A stretch of 64,000 bases of DNA from Deferribacterales bacterium (GCA_050251875.1 JBFWMA010000004.1:160001-224000), one strand, 5' to 3'; numbered from the stretch's first letter, positions 19,012-30,212 are shown. Notes: generated by a model not told the origin, from the sequence alone. Numbers and translations are program-made.

Positions 19012-19949
19012 AAATTTTTAAAGACAATACTTTATCCATAGGACGCACTCCGCTGGTAAAACTCAACAATATTGAGGGAGCGGACGGCAATAATATTTTT
19101 CTCAAAATCGAGGGGAGAAACCCCGCCTATTCCGTTAAATGCCGGGTGGGGGTGTATATCATATCCGAGGCGGTCAAAAACGGTCAGCTGAAAAAAGGCA
19201 TGACGGTGATAGAGGCGACCAGCGGAAACACAGGCATCGGGCTTGCCTTCGCCGGAGCGGCGCTCGGCTATCCCGTGAAGATTGTGATGCCTGAGACCAT
19301 GAGCATGGAGCGCAGGCAGATGATGCAGGCGTTCGGCGCTGAGCTCATCCTGACAGAAGGAGCCAAAGGCATGGCGGGAGCCGTGGCAGAGGCGGACAGA
19401 ATGCTGGCGGAGCATCCGGATAAATATTTTCTGGCGAACCAGTTCCGCAATCCGTCCAACCCTCTGGCGCATGAGATGACAACCGGACCTGAGATTTTTG
19501 AGGATATGGACGGAAAGGTAGATGTTTTTGTGTCTGCCATAGGCACGGGCGGCACTATCACCGGTGTTTCCAGATATCTGAAAAAGAGACTGCCTTCAAT
19601 GATTTCTGTGGGTGTGGAGCCTCTTAACAGCCCCGTCATAACACAGAAGCTGAACGGCGAGCCTCTGAAACCTTCGCCCCACAAAATTCAGGGGATCGGG
19701 GCGGGATTTATTCCCGATGTGCTCGATCTGAGTCTTGTGGACGGGATGGTGAGGGTGGCTGACGATGACGCCATTAACCACGCCAGAATGTTGGCGAAAG
19801 AAGAGGGCGTTATATGCGGCATATCCTCCGGAGCGGCTGTTTGCGGCGCGCTGACATATCTGAGAGAAAACGGACTGAAAGATAAAAACGTAGTTGTGAT
19901 ACTCGCCGATTCCGGCGAGAGATATCTCAGCTCCGGACTTTTCGCTTAA
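19008..19949 (+). CDS. cysK: Cysteine synthase A
   Basis: NPAYSVKCR (PLP lysine), TSGNTG, GTGGT, HKIQGIG, GERYLS. Confidence 0.95.
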   Translation: MKIFKDNTLSIGRTPLVKLNNIEGADGNNIFLKIEGRNPAYSVKCRVGVYIISEAVKNGQLKKGMTVIEATSGNTGIGLAFAGAALGYPVKIVMPETMSMERRQMMQAFGAELILTEGAKGMAGAVAEADRMLAEHPDKYFLANQFRNPSNPLAHEMTTGPEIFEDMDGKVDVFVSAIGTGGTITGVSRYLKKRLPSMISVGVEPLNSPVITQKLNGEPLKPSPHKIQGIGAGFIPDVLDLSLVDGMVRVADDDAINHARMLAKEEGVICGISSGAAVCGALTYLRENGLKDKNVVVILADSGERYLSSGLFA

Positions 19950-19955
19950 ACAATT

Positions 19956-19979
19956 AAGGCGGTCATCTGACCGCCTTTT
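19956..19979 (+). terminator. Intrinsic terminator after cysK
   Basis: AAGGCGGTCA-TC-TGACCGCCTT inverted repeat ending in a T-run. Confidence 0.8.
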
Positions 19980-19991
19980 CTTATTATATCT

Positions 19992-20074
19992 CTCCCTCCT
20001 TTTATAAAGGAGGGTTGGGGTGGATTTCTTCTTTTAAGAAATCTCCCCTATCCCCTCTTTGCCAAAGAGGGGGA
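19992..20074. repeat. Inverted doublet of a ~39-bp palindromic REP-like unit
   Basis: Unit 1 CCCTCCTTT-TAT-AAAGGAGGG-TTGGGGTGGATTTCTT; unit 2 (reverse complement) CCCCTCTTT-GGC-AAAGAGGGG-ATAGGGGAGATTTCTT; 5-bp spacer. Confidence 0.7.
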
Positions 20075-20081
20075 TAAGTCA

Positions 20082-21698
20082 TCATATCTTGAACTGTTTC
20101 GCTATGTCGTCCATAGTGTCGGCGTGTCCCTGAAGGCTGACGGACGTTCCCGCTATGATCTGCACAGCGGAACTGCTCTCCTGTATTCCCTGTGATATCT
20201 CCTGTATGCTCTGGTTGATGTTGGCTGTCGCCATGCTAGATTCACGCATAGCTATGGACAGGTTGTCCTGCTCGCTCTTTATGGCGGCTATCTGTGTGTC
20301 GATCTCGCCGAATTTCTCCTGCATGGAAGCCATCAGCGCCACTCCCTCGTCCACCTTCACTACGGACTGGTTCATATTGGTGTGGGCGCTGGCTGTCTTG
20401 GTCTGGAGAGTCTGCACTATGGAGCCGATCTCCTGTGTGGAGCTCTGGGTGCGCTCTGCCAGCTTGCGCACTTCGTCAGCCACCACGGCGAATCCTCTTC
20501 CGTGTTCCCCGGCTCTGGCGGCTTCTATGGCGGCGTTCAGCGCCAGAAGGTTAGTCTGGTCGGCTATGTCGTTTATGGTCTGTATTATCACGCCTATCTC
20601 TTCAGACGAGTTTATCAGTTCCTGCATTATGGCGGACAGTTTTGTGTTTTCGGTCTTGATCTCGGTCACTTTGCCGGATACGGACGCCAGCTCGCTTTTT
20701 ACCTCGCTGTTGGCTTCCGATGTCATGTTGATGGTGCGGGTCATAGTCTCCAGCCTGTCCATGATGTCCTGAGCGGTGGTGACCATCTCTTCCACAGCGG
20801 ACGCTATGCTGTTTATCTGTCCGGACTGCTCGCTGAATGTGCTGGAAAACTCCTCTGAAGCGGCGGACAGATCGCCTGACTGCTGGTTTACCTGTTCGGC
20901 GGCTGTCTGGATGGAGGACACCAGTCCACGCAGTTTATCGAAAAACATGTTAAAGCTGACGGTCAGGTCGCCTATCTCGTTCTTTTTGGCGTAGTCTATT
21001 CTGACCCTCAGGTCGCCTGTGGCTCCTGTGGTGAAGTTGTCTCTGAACATAGTCAGCGGGCGGGTGGTGGCTCTGCTGATTATCATGCCCAGAAACAGCG
21101 AGATGCCTATGGATATCGCCGCCATTATGATGGAGGCGTATGTGATTTTTGTCTCCGAGCTGTAGATGGTGTGCATGTATTGTGCCATCTCGGCTCTGTG
21201 CTCGTCCACAATCTCCGCCAGATTCTCGTCCAGAGCGGCGGCGTACGGGTCGAATTTTCCCATGAATTCGTTCCCTTTTTCAGGACCGTCACTGACGTAT
21301 ATATGCGCCATTTCCACGCCGACATTATAGAAATCGTCAAGCTGACGGTTCATTTTATTCAGCCTGTCGGTCATTTCCGGCTCGTCTTTGTGGTTGCTAA
21401 TTATCTGAGACAACAGGTCTTTTGATTGTTTATAATATCCTTCAGCCTCTTTCAGCCCGTCATCATATCCTTCCGCTCCTCTGGTGGCGGATATGTCGGT
21501 TAACCATTGCTGAATCTGGATGATGTATGTTTTCAGTGTAAGAAAATCCAGCGTATCTCTTGTTATTTCATTCTTCAGGAGCTCTATGTCGTTCTTGGAG
21601 CGGACAGAGTTCACTATGCTGAAGACACTTTGTATTGTAATTAATAATGAAATAAAGAGAAAGCCAAAAGTGATGTATTGCTTGATGGTAAGTCTCAT
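20082..21698 (-). CDS. Methyl-accepting chemotaxis protein
   Basis: Two TM segments, periplasmic domain, [42 protein letters not shown] signature. Confidence 0.97.
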   Translation of the reverse strand: MRLTIKQYITFGFLFISLLITIQSVFSIVNSVRSKNDIELLKNEITRDTLDFLTLKTYIIQIQQWLTDISATRGAEGYDDGLKEAEGYYKQSKDLLSQIISNHKDEPEMTDRLNKMNRQLDDFYNVGVEMAHIYVSDGPEKGNEFMGKFDPYAAALDENLAEIVDEHRAEMAQYMHTIYSSETKITYASIIMAAISIGISLFLGMIISRATTRPLTMFRDNFTTGATGDLRVRIDYAKKNEIGDLTVSFNMFFDKLRGLVSSIQTAAEQVNQQSGDLSAASEEFSSTFSEQSGQINSIASAVEEMVTTAQDIMDRLETMTRTINMTSEANSEVKSELASVSGKVTEIKTENTKLSAIMQELINSSEEIGVIIQTINDIADQTNLLALNAAIEAARAGEHGRGFAVVADEVRKLAERTQSSTQEIGSIVQTLQTKTASAHTNMNQSVVKVDEGVALMASMQEKFGEIDTQIAAIKSEQDNLSIAMRESSMATANINQSIQEISQGIQESSSAVQIIAGTSVSLQGHADTMDDIAKQFKI

Positions 21699-21803
21699 AA
21701 ATCAACCTCCAAGATTTAACTTGAATAATATAAAATTAAGCCCTGAAAATTGATAAGTCAATGCAAATAGATGACAAATATCGTGAAGAGGTAGGCAGAA
21801 GGG

Positions 21804-23570
21804 TTATCTGAAAAGACCGGAATAGCGTTCAGTTCTCTTTTTCAGACAATTTTTGACAGCTTTTTCAGAAGAGATGACAGTCAGCCGAGTTTTGGCTCTG
21901 GTGACGGCGGTGTAGAACAATTCTTTTGTTATGACGGGGCTGTCCTCCTCCGGCAGGATGAAAACCACATGGTCGAACTCAGACCCCTGACTCTTATGCA
22001 CTGTCATAGAGAACTGAGGCGTCCACGAAGGCAGACGCATCACGGATATCGAGCGGGTCTTGTCCTCTTCCCTGAACCAGGCTCTCAGCCCGTCTCCGCT
22101 CAATATCACGCCTGTTGTGCCGTTCAGCAGATTCAGGCTGTAGTCGTTTTCGGTTATCATCACGGGCAGACCGTGAAAATATTTTTTCGTGTTGTCTATC
22201 AGACGTTTCTGATAGAGAGTGTTCAGGGTCAGGGCGTTGATGCCCTCAGTGCCCAGAGCCCCCTTCACATGGGGTGTGAGTATGGAGAAAGACGAAACCT
22301 GCGCCAGAGCGGCTTCAGCGTTATGTTCCTGAGATATCTTTGTGAAATAGTCCACGGACATCTCTTTTATTCTGTCGGTAAACCTGTCTGATAAATCTAT
22401 AAAATCTATCTGATCGGATGTGTCGTTCCTCAGAACGTCAATGGCTGATGCCGTGTCGCCGTCCCGGCATGCCTTCGCCAGAAGCCCTATGCCTTTGGTG
22501 TCGTCAAAGCGCCTGCTCTTTTTCAGCTGTATGGTGATATCCGTGAGTTTTTCGGCTGTGGAGTCCGCTTTTACAGGGGTTTCTGCGCAGTACGCCATCA
22601 GTTCCGCCGTGCTTTCCGTGAAAACGTCCGGATCGGCTGCGGAGCATATGTCGCCCAGCACGGAACCAGGCTGAACAGACGCCAGCTGGTCTTTGTCCCC
22701 CAGCAGAATCAGTCTGCCGTCCTTCTTCATAGCCTGCGCAAGAACGGACATCAGACGGATATCCGCCATAGACGCCTCGTCCGCCACCACTATGTCATAC
22801 GGCATGGGATTTTCGGCGCCGTATCCGCCCAGCTCGCTGTTTCCTGTCATTTTCAGCAGACGGTGCAGGGTGAGCGCCTTCTGCGGGATTCTCTCTATGA
22901 ATGACTCTGAGGAGTATTTTTCCATATTTTCACGGATACTGTCGGTCAGCCTCGCCGCCGCCTTGCCCGTGGGGGCGCAGACGCCTATGGACAGCGGTTC
23001 TTCGGACAGCTCGGACAGCATAGCCAGCACACGGAACACCGTTGTGGTCTTTCCGGTGCCGGGACCTCCGGAGATCACGCAGAATTTTCTGAGGCATGCG
23101 TTCAGCGCCGCCGCCTTCTGCATGTCCTCTCCCGCCCCGAAATATTTTGTCAGCAGGTTTTTCAGCCTGTCTCTGTCATAGCGGTATTGCGCTCCGGCGC
23201 AGTCTGTGATGTATTTTGCCACGTTCTTTTCGTGCAGATAAAATGCCTTCAGATAGAGCCTGACCCCGTCCTGTATTATGGGGGCGCTCATGGATGTGCT
23301 GTCTGATACGGCTCCGATATCTCTCAGTTTTTTGATGTTCTCTCCGCCGAAACATTCGTCCAGCTCCACCTGAAATCTTTCGTAGAAAGGCAGAGCGGAC
23401 AGCCTGTCCGTGCGCAGGCAGGTGTGCGCCGATGACACGGCGTAGAACAGCACGGCATAGAACAGCTCCTGTCCGTCCGCCCTGAACACCTGCGTCATGT
23501 GTCCGGCGAACTGGATGTCTATATCACGCAGAAATTTTTCTTCGTATAGGGTGTTTAATATATCCGTCAT
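21804..23570 (-). CDS. recD: Exodeoxyribonuclease V alpha subunit
   Basis: GGPGTGKTT, APTGKAA, DEASM, LGDKDQL, TVHKSQGSEF, YTAVTRAK. Confidence 0.95.
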   Translation of the reverse strand: MTDILNTLYEEKFLRDIDIQFAGHMTQVFRADGQELFYAVLFYAVSSAHTCLRTDRLSALPFYERFQVELDECFGGENIKKLRDIGAVSDSTSMSAPIIQDGVRLYLKAFYLHEKNVAKYITDCAGAQYRYDRDRLKNLLTKYFGAGEDMQKAAALNACLRKFCVISGGPGTGKTTTVFRVLAMLSELSEEPLSIGVCAPTGKAAARLTDSIRENMEKYSSESFIERIPQKALTLHRLLKMTGNSELGGYGAENPMPYDIVVADEASMADIRLMSVLAQAMKKDGRLILLGDKDQLASVQPGSVLGDICSAADPDVFTESTAELMAYCAETPVKADSTAEKLTDITIQLKKSRRFDDTKGIGLLAKACRDGDTASAIDVLRNDTSDQIDFIDLSDRFTDRIKEMSVDYFTKISQEHNAEAALAQVSSFSILTPHVKGALGTEGINALTLNTLYQKRLIDNTKKYFHGLPVMITENDYSLNLLNGTTGVILSGDGLRAWFREEDKTRSISVMRLPSWTPQFSMTVHKSQGSEFDHVVFILPEEDSPVITKELFYTAVTRAKTRLTVISSEKAVKNCLKKRTERYSGLFR

Positions 23571-26500
23571 CTTCCCGTCACCGCTTTTTCCATTTCCGTG
23601 ATGATTCTTTCGGGCGGTCTGTGGGCATATACGCCGTTTTTACCGCCGCTCTCAACACCCCGCATAAAGACGTATATTCCGCCGCCCATGTGCTGTTCAT
23701 AGCTGTAGCCGGGCAGGGTGTTTTTCAGGTGCATGTGCAGAGCCAGAGTATAGAAATAGAGCTGGAGATAATAGTGGCTCTTCATCATCTCATCGTGCAT
23801 GCGCTCCGTGCTGTAGAGATCAGCGGAACCGCCCAGATGGTTTGATTTCCAGTCCAGAATATAATATTTTCCGTTCAGACAGAAGATCAGGTCGGCAAAA
23901 CCTGTGAGAAATCCGTTTCCGGATGTGAAATCCAGAACGGAACAGGCGGAGGCGAAATCTTCCATGCCCCCTTCGCCGATTATCCGAGACAGACTGTCCG
24001 ATCTGAAAACGTCCGAGCGGATGTGGAACTCCATTTCATGCACATAGTCGCTGATACCGTTCAGACAGATTCCGTCCGTCAGTTCAGCGGTCAGTATGTT
24101 TTTCAGCGTCTGTGTGACAGCCGGAACGAAGCGCTGGTCGAAGGAGTATTTCTCCAGTTTTTCCGTCACTACATTTTTTATCAGTTCCTCTGAAACGCTC
24201 TCCAGAGGGATGTTCTCCATACATTCGTGAAGACAGCTTCCCGCTTTCGCACCTTTCGGAAAGGAGAAAATATCATATCCGGCAGTCTTTTCATCCGTCT
24301 GCGGAACAAACTGTTCCGTGTCTCTGGCGGATGATGTGCTGTGTATCAGCGCCGAAAAGCTGTTGATGCGCCATGGCGATGGTATTTGCCCGCCGAAGTC
24401 TCTGTTTTCTCTGGTGATGCCGGATGACGGCGGGGTATAGCGGATGGGCTCCAGCACGGGCTGGCTCTCTGTGTTTATCAGAGTGCATCCGGAGAAAAAA
24501 CTTTTAAAATTATCAGGGTTCGGTTTCTCCTCACCCTTGTTTATCAGATAGTTAAGGGCTGTGGATTTTCCGCTTTTCGCTGAGCCCCATGATGTGTAGC
24601 ACAGAGCCTTTGCCCGGGTGAGAGCAACGTATGTGATCCGCAGATCCTCCGCCAGCTCTTCGTGGGCGGCTTTTCCGGCGGATGTTTCGTCCTTTTTCAA
24701 ATCTATCACCAGCTCTTCGTCATCATCGTGATATTCCGGAAAGTCGTCCCCTCCGCCGCCGTGTCCGAATTTCAGAAACGGAGCGAAGACTATGTTGTAT
24801 TCCAGCCCTTTGCTTTTGTGTATGGTGGTGATGGTTACGGCGTTTTCGTCACTGTCCATCTTCAGCTGATAGTTTTCTGATTTCGGGTCGGAGTTCTCTA
24901 TCTGGTCGGTGAACCATGTGAAAAGCTGTGACGGGGACGCCTTCGTCTTCGCCTCCTGCTTCTGCGCCAGCTCCACCAGATGTATCATATTTGTCAGTTT
25001 TCTTTCGCCGTATACGGTCTCCGCCAGCCGTCTGTAGAGTCCGGTCATTTTCGCCGCACGGAAAAACATTGGGGCTATTCCGCCGGAGTGAAAAATATCG
25101 GATAATGTGAGAAAATCCTCGAAAACACGTTCCCATTCGCCTGTTTCCGCCATATCCGCCAGAGTTTTGGCATCATAGCCGAATATGTCGGATGCCAGAG
25201 CGCTTCTCACCGCTCGTTCGCTGTAGGGTGAAGCGGCGGCGGCTATCAGCCTCGCCATCTCGTGCGCCTGAAGGGTTTTGAACACGCTCTCCGAGCCGGT
25301 TATCACGCAGGGGATGGAGTATCTTTCCAGATGATCCCGAACGGTCTTTGCCTGGTCTCCGCTGCGGGTCAGAACGGCGAAGTCGGACGGGCGGACGGGT
25401 CTTTCCGTGCCGTCATTTATCACGGCTCTGTGGTTCAGCAGGCGGGATATTTCATATGCCGCCGCCTGTGCCGTCTGGTCTTTGTCTGCGTCTGCGCTCT
25501 GCCACATTGTCATGGGTTTCAGTGTCTCTCCGCCCACGCTCACCTTTATGCTCTTTTTGCTGGTGGAGGGGTTGTAGCGCACCCTGTCTATCAGGAACGA
25601 AGCCTCTCTGCTGAATATATGGTTTACCGTGTCCACCAGCCCGCTGTCGGAGCGGTGGTTTTCTGTCAGTGTTATGGCGTCTCTGCCTATGGAGGCTTTC
25701 AGATAGGTGTAGATGTCAGCCCCGCGGAAAGAATATATCGCCTGTTTCGGGTCGCCTATCATGAAGAACGGCTTGCCACGTTTTCCAAAAGATTCGTTAA
25801 AAATCTCATACTGGTTGGGGTCTGTGTCCTGAAATTCGTCTATGAGGGCGGCGCTGTATCTGCGCAGCAGGCTTTTTACCATCTGGCTGTTCTCTTCGGT
25901 GACGGCGTTTCTCATACGGATTATCAGGTCGCTGTATGACTGGCTGTTGACTCTCAGCTTGTATTCGTCCAGAACCCTGTCGCCGTATTCCTTCAGCCTC
26001 ACGAGCATAGCCGTGCGGAAATCCTTCGCCGTTTCGGCGTAGGCTTCATATGCCTCTGCCCAGAGCTGAACAGCGGCGAAAAGAGGATGCTCTGGTGTGG
26101 GGAAATTCTTTTTCACTCCGCTCGCCACATAGTCTTTCGTCAGCAGGATCATATAGTTGGCGGTTGTTCTGGCTGTGTATGTGTGGTCGTCTGCGTTTAT
26201 CTGTTCGATGAGCCCTGTCAGAACGTTTCTGACGGAGTCCTCTTTATATTTATTGCCGTTCATGGGCGAGCCGCCCGCCGGAAAAAGGAGCGTGAAGACG
26301 GATAATATATCATCGGCGGAAAAACTTTTTATCACTGCGAATGCTTGTTTCAGATTTTTCAGACTGTCGGCTATGCCGCTCTCAGATATTTGAGGAGCGT
26401 TTATTATTTTCGCTGAGGGGTTGTTCTGTGTATGCACCAGAAATTTCAGAAAAGTTTCCGGTGAATCTTTTACAAATATTTCGGCGGTGTCTTTCGGCAG

Positions 26501-26992
26501 GGCATAGATATATTTCCGCCAGAAATCACGCACGGGAGTCAGCAGGAGTTCTTTCATGTCTCCGGTCATCTCCGTGTCGTAGGCGATGCGCCCGCTGAAA
26601 GAGTTTTCGGTGAGCATCCTCTGACAGAAACCGTGTATGGTGAAGATGCTGTTCATGTCGAAATCACGGATGGCGGTGTTCAGCCTGCCAATGGCTGTTT
26701 CCTTTTCATCCGGATGGGCGGAGATGTATTTTTGTGTAAAGCTGTCCGTGGAGCTTCCGTTCTCGAACCCGTCTTTCAGCTCGGTGAGCCTGCCGTATAT
26801 TTTTGCCCGGAGGTCGGACACAGCCGCCTTGGTGAATGTCACCACCAGAATCTGTTCTATGGGTATGCTCCGCTCGATGATCATGCGGGCGGTGAGCGCA
26901 GTGATAGTGTATGTTTTTCCGGTTCCGGCGTTGGCTTCTATCAGATTGGTTCTGTCCAGCGGACAGGTGAGCAGTTCGATCTCTTTACTCAT
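23567..26992 (-). CDS. recB: Exodeoxyribonuclease V beta subunit
   Basis: AGTGKT, DEFQDTD, GDPKQAIYSFRGAD, TIHKSKGLE, C-terminal nuclease G.ADL..DWKSN..Y.LQ. Confidence 0.95.
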   Translation of the reverse strand: MSKEIELLTCPLDRTNLIEANAGTGKTYTITALTARMIIERSIPIEQILVVTFTKAAVSDLRAKIYGRLTELKDGFENGSSTDSFTQKYISAHPDEKETAIGRLNTAIRDFDMNSIFTIHGFCQRMLTENSFSGRIAYDTEMTGDMKELLLTPVRDFWRKYIYALPKDTAEIFVKDSPETFLKFLVHTQNNPSAKIINAPQISESGIADSLKNLKQAFAVIKSFSADDILSVFTLLFPAGGSPMNGNKYKEDSVRNVLTGLIEQINADDHTYTARTTANYMILLTKDYVASGVKKNFPTPEHPLFAAVQLWAEAYEAYAETAKDFRTAMLVRLKEYGDRVLDEYKLRVNSQSYSDLIIRMRNAVTEENSQMVKSLLRRYSAALIDEFQDTDPNQYEIFNESFGKRGKPFFMIGDPKQAIYSFRGADIYTYLKASIGRDAITLTENHRSDSGLVDTVNHIFSREASFLIDRVRYNPSTSKKSIKVSVGGETLKPMTMWQSADADKDQTAQAAAYEISRLLNHRAVINDGTERPVRPSDFAVLTRSGDQAKTVRDHLERYSIPCVITGSESVFKTLQAHEMARLIAAAASPYSERAVRSALASDIFGYDAKTLADMAETGEWERVFEDFLTLSDIFHSGGIAPMFFRAAKMTGLYRRLAETVYGERKLTNMIHLVELAQKQEAKTKASPSQLFTWFTDQIENSDPKSENYQLKMDSDENAVTITTIHKSKGLEYNIVFAPFLKFGHGGGGDDFPEYHDDDEELVIDLKKDETSAGKAAHEELAEDLRITYVALTRAKALCYTSWGSAKSGKSTALNYLINKGEEKPNPDNFKSFFSGCTLINTESQPVLEPIRYTPPSSGITRENRDFGGQIPSPWRINSFSALIHSTSSARDTEQFVPQTDEKTAGYDIFSFPKGAKAGSCLHECMENIPLESVSEELIKNVVTEKLEKYSFDQRFVPAVTQTLKNILTAELTDGICLNGISDYVHEMEFHIRSDVFRSDSLSRIIGEGGMEDFASACSVLDFTSGNGFLTGFADLIFCLNGKYYILDWKSNHLGGSADLYSTERMHDEMMKSHYYLQLYFYTLALHMHLKNTLPGYSYEQHMGGGIYVFMRGVESGGKNGVYAHRPPERIITEMEKAVTGR

Positions 26993-29900
26993 CCACATGC
27001 TCCTGACATCCGCCCAGAATTATTTCAGAATATTTTGCCAGCTCTTCTGGCATCTCTCTGTCTTTGAAACAGATGGAGAACGACATATCGTTCTTTATGC
27101 CGGAATAGTTGTCTTTTGTGATGAATTTCAGCTTTTTGTCTCTGTATTTTATCAGTTCCGCGCCGTCTGACGGGTGGAAATACAGTGGCTCGCTCTGACC
27201 GGAGATAAAGAGCTTTTTCAGCGCCTTAAGGTATTCTGACGGGTCGAGAGGTTTCAGCCTCAGCTCGCCTTTTTTGGTTATGACGGATGTGACCGTCTCT
27301 GTTTGCGTGTTCAGCATCAGGTGGCGTATCCACGCTCTTATGAAATCTTTTGGTTTCAGGCTTCCGGTCTTTATGTAGGCGTGCCGTCCGTTCAGGGTGT
27401 TCTGCACTCTGCCGGAGATGCTCAGCCCGTCTATGACGGCGGATATATCCAGATATCCGGTGCCTTCGGGCATCGCCTTTTCTGCGGTCTTTGCCATCTT
27501 CGCTCCGGCGGCGGCGATGTTTTCGTAATAATATTCTCCCAGTCCGCCGGACGGGAGTCTGCCGGAGGCGGCGGCGTATCTCAGCGATATGTCAGGTCGC
27601 CCGCTTCTCAGGGCGCATTTCAGAGCGTCATCCTCCAGCATATATTTTTGCAGGTGGTTCAGGTTCATCCTCTCGGTCTCGGTCAGCAGTTCCGCCGAGA
27701 TGTTGGGGTCTGTGCCCAGTGTGTTTCTCAGAAAATATTCCGGCGGATTTATAAAAAATCTCTCGAAAGACGCGATGTCCACGGAGATTACGGGTTCTGA
27801 CGATATGGAGCCGGGGCAGAATACGCCTGTGGTTTTGGCGCCTGTCAGGGCGCATGCCGCTGTGTATCTGTCCGGGCTGTATGTGCAGAGTCCTGTGTCG
27901 TCTGTGAAATACTGCCTGCTGAAGCTGTGCAGTCTGTGCTGTGTCACGGGTTCTTTTATGCCGAATCGGCCGCTGATGTGGCGGAGGAGCTCGGTTATCA
28001 GGATGGAGGGAACCATCTCTTTGTTGTCTGTTTCGCTTCTGCCTATGTAGCTCAGATACAGCTTTTCCTGAGCGCTGATTAATGTCTCCAAAAACAGATA
28101 TTTATCACTGTCACGCTGATTCCTGTCGCCTTTTTTCGGGTGTTTCGCCATGAGGTCGAACTCCAGAGCGGTCTTGACCCGTGGAAAGGTGGCGTCATTA
28201 AGCCCCAGAATGCATATGACCCTGAAGGGGATGCTCCGCATGGGGAGCATGGCGCAGAAGGTGATTTTTCCGGTGATGAACCCTTTGTTTCCGCTGGCTT
28301 CGGATAACATTCCGCTGAGCGTTTCGTATATCGGGCGGAAGCCGACCGGTTTTTTCAATCCGGAAGTCTGGCTGTTTATATCCTCTATCAGTCCCGTCAT
28401 ATATATCAGGTCATCGGCGTGCGCCGGAGAACTGTTCAGAAAATCGTTCATGATATCGGTCAGCACGGCGCAGTGTTCCTCCGCCGGAACCGTTCTTTTC
28501 AGTAGTTTTCGATATCTGGCGCACAGCTCTGTGAAGCGCATGACACCGCCCAGTTTCTCCGCCAGAGAGAAGGGGACGTCATCGCCTGACGCCTCGGAAT
28601 AGATATATCCGGAAGTGCCCTCCGCCAGACCCAGAGCTATCCGGCGCATGGCGTGTTCGAAGGTGAAGGGGGTTTCGGATGTCACTCCGTCCTCTCTCAG
28701 CTCTTCGTCCGTCAGCCCGAACAGTGCGCTGTTTCTTTCCAGCACGGCTCCTATGTCTTCGTTGCCCGTGAGTCCGAATTTCGAGGCGACTATCTCCTCC
28801 GACAGCAGTTTCATCACGGACGACAGGCTGAACTGTCCGGTGACGGTATCCAGCAGGTCTATGAATATTCCCGCCGGACGGCTGGTCTGTTTATAGGGCA
28901 TGTCCGCCAGAGTGTAGGGCATGGCGGTCTCTGCGCTGTATGGGTTGTCGAACACAGCCCTTATGTACGGGGCGTATGTCTGTATGTCTGTTGTCATCAC
29001 CAGAATGTCTGACGGCTTCAGAGCGGCGTCATTATCAAACAGGCTGAGCAGATGGTCGTATAGCGCCTCTGTCTCACGAAGGGGGTTGTGACAGCTCGCC
29101 ACTGTGACGGATGTGTCTCCGGTCTCCGGCGTGAAGGGCTGTTGTTTCAGAGTGAATATCTCTGCCTGTATGGCGCTCAGAACGCTGTCTGACGATGGTG
29201 TGGAATAGTTTTCTATGTAATGTGCGCTGTCAGCCGTGCTGAGAAGTATATCGAAAAAGTCTCTGCCCAGCGTGCCGAGATTGTCCAGCAGAGGGTGGTT
29301 CTGCCTCAGCATAAGCTCATCCGCCGGACGTCCGGAGCGTTTCTCCCGTCTGCTGATCTCTCTGTCGCTGACGCTGTCGCCCCAGTATTCTTCCGTGGGG
29401 CTCAGCAGATAGAAGCTGATGTTTGTGAATTTCGCCGCTTGAGCGAGTATCTCTATGAAAAATTCCGGAATCACGCTGATTCCGAAGACGTGTATGTCTG
29501 TCATGCCCGTCAGTTCCGCTTTGCCTTCGGTCATGCTTCTGAGCATTTTGTCCAGAACGTATGTCTTGCACCTGCTCTTTGCGCTGAAGACGCTTCTGAA
29601 GAGGTTCGCCTGCCACTTTTCATCGTCTTTGTCCATGTGGGGGCTGTTCAGCCAGCGGAGGGTCATCTCCGGGCGGTAGAGTTGATATTGGTCGAATATA
29701 TCGGCTATTCTGCCCGCCAGACGGAATGTCTTTATGCTGTCCGGATCGTTTTCCAGATATTTTATGACGGGGCGGTTGTATTCTGTGGCGGGGATGCTCC
29801 CCAGTTCGTCAAAAATCTTCCACGTCAGCTCCTGTTTCTCTGTCCACAGGTCTTTTCTGCCTGTGTGTCTCTCCGCCATACGCTTTATGAGGGCGGCTGG

Positions 29901-30086
29901 GAACAGATAGTCCAGATTGGCGCTGATGCCCGATCTCTCTGCCAGAGCGAGCCCGACCCATCTCTGCATACCGGACGTCTGGATGCATATTGTGGTTTTT
30001 TTTAAAGGCGCTGCTTTTGAGCTGATATTTTTTTGCAGAATATCTGCCAGCCCGTTAAGTTTATTGCCGATATATATATTAAGCAT
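26985..30086 (-). CDS. recC: Exodeoxyribonuclease V gamma subunit
   Basis: IFDQYQLYRP, CHNPLRE, LPMRSIPFRVICILGLN, DKYLFLETL; adjacent to recB and recD. Confidence 0.93.
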   Translation of the reverse strand: MLNIYIGNKLNGLADILQKNISSKAAPLKKTTICIQTSGMQRWVGLALAERSGISANLDYLFPAALIKRMAERHTGRKDLWTEKQELTWKIFDELGSIPATEYNRPVIKYLENDPDSIKTFRLAGRIADIFDQYQLYRPEMTLRWLNSPHMDKDDEKWQANLFRSVFSAKSRCKTYVLDKMLRSMTEGKAELTGMTDIHVFGISVIPEFFIEILAQAAKFTNISFYLLSPTEEYWGDSVSDREISRREKRSGRPADELMLRQNHPLLDNLGTLGRDFFDILLSTADSAHYIENYSTPSSDSVLSAIQAEIFTLKQQPFTPETGDTSVTVASCHNPLRETEALYDHLLSLFDNDAALKPSDILVMTTDIQTYAPYIRAVFDNPYSAETAMPYTLADMPYKQTSRPAGIFIDLLDTVTGQFSLSSVMKLLSEEIVASKFGLTGNEDIGAVLERNSALFGLTDEELREDGVTSETPFTFEHAMRRIALGLAEGTSGYIYSEASGDDVPFSLAEKLGGVMRFTELCARYRKLLKRTVPAEEHCAVLTDIMNDFLNSSPAHADDLIYMTGLIEDINSQTSGLKKPVGFRPIYETLSGMLSEASGNKGFITGKITFCAMLPMRSIPFRVICILGLNDATFPRVKTALEFDLMAKHPKKGDRNQRDSDKYLFLETLISAQEKLYLSYIGRSETDNKEMVPSILITELLRHISGRFGIKEPVTQHRLHSFSRQYFTDDTGLCTYSPDRYTAACALTGAKTTGVFCPGSISSEPVISVDIASFERFFINPPEYFLRNTLGTDPNISAELLTETERMNLNHLQKYMLEDDALKCALRSGRPDISLRYAAASGRLPSGGLGEYYYENIAAAGAKMAKTAEKAMPEGTGYLDISAVIDGLSISGRVQNTLNGRHAYIKTGSLKPKDFIRAWIRHLMLNTQTETVTSVITKKGELRLKPLDPSEYLKALKKLFISGQSEPLYFHPSDGAELIKYRDKKLKFITKDNYSGIKNDMSFSICFKDREMPEELAKYSEIILGGCQEHVDE

Positions 30087-30212
30087 GGTGACTGATTATA
30101 AACGCAGAGGAGGTTTTTTGAAAGTCTTCTGTTAGTCATTGTGATTTATTTCTCTGGCGGGATTGATATTTAACAGACATTATGGAATAATGGGATGGGG
30201 TGTTATTAGATT

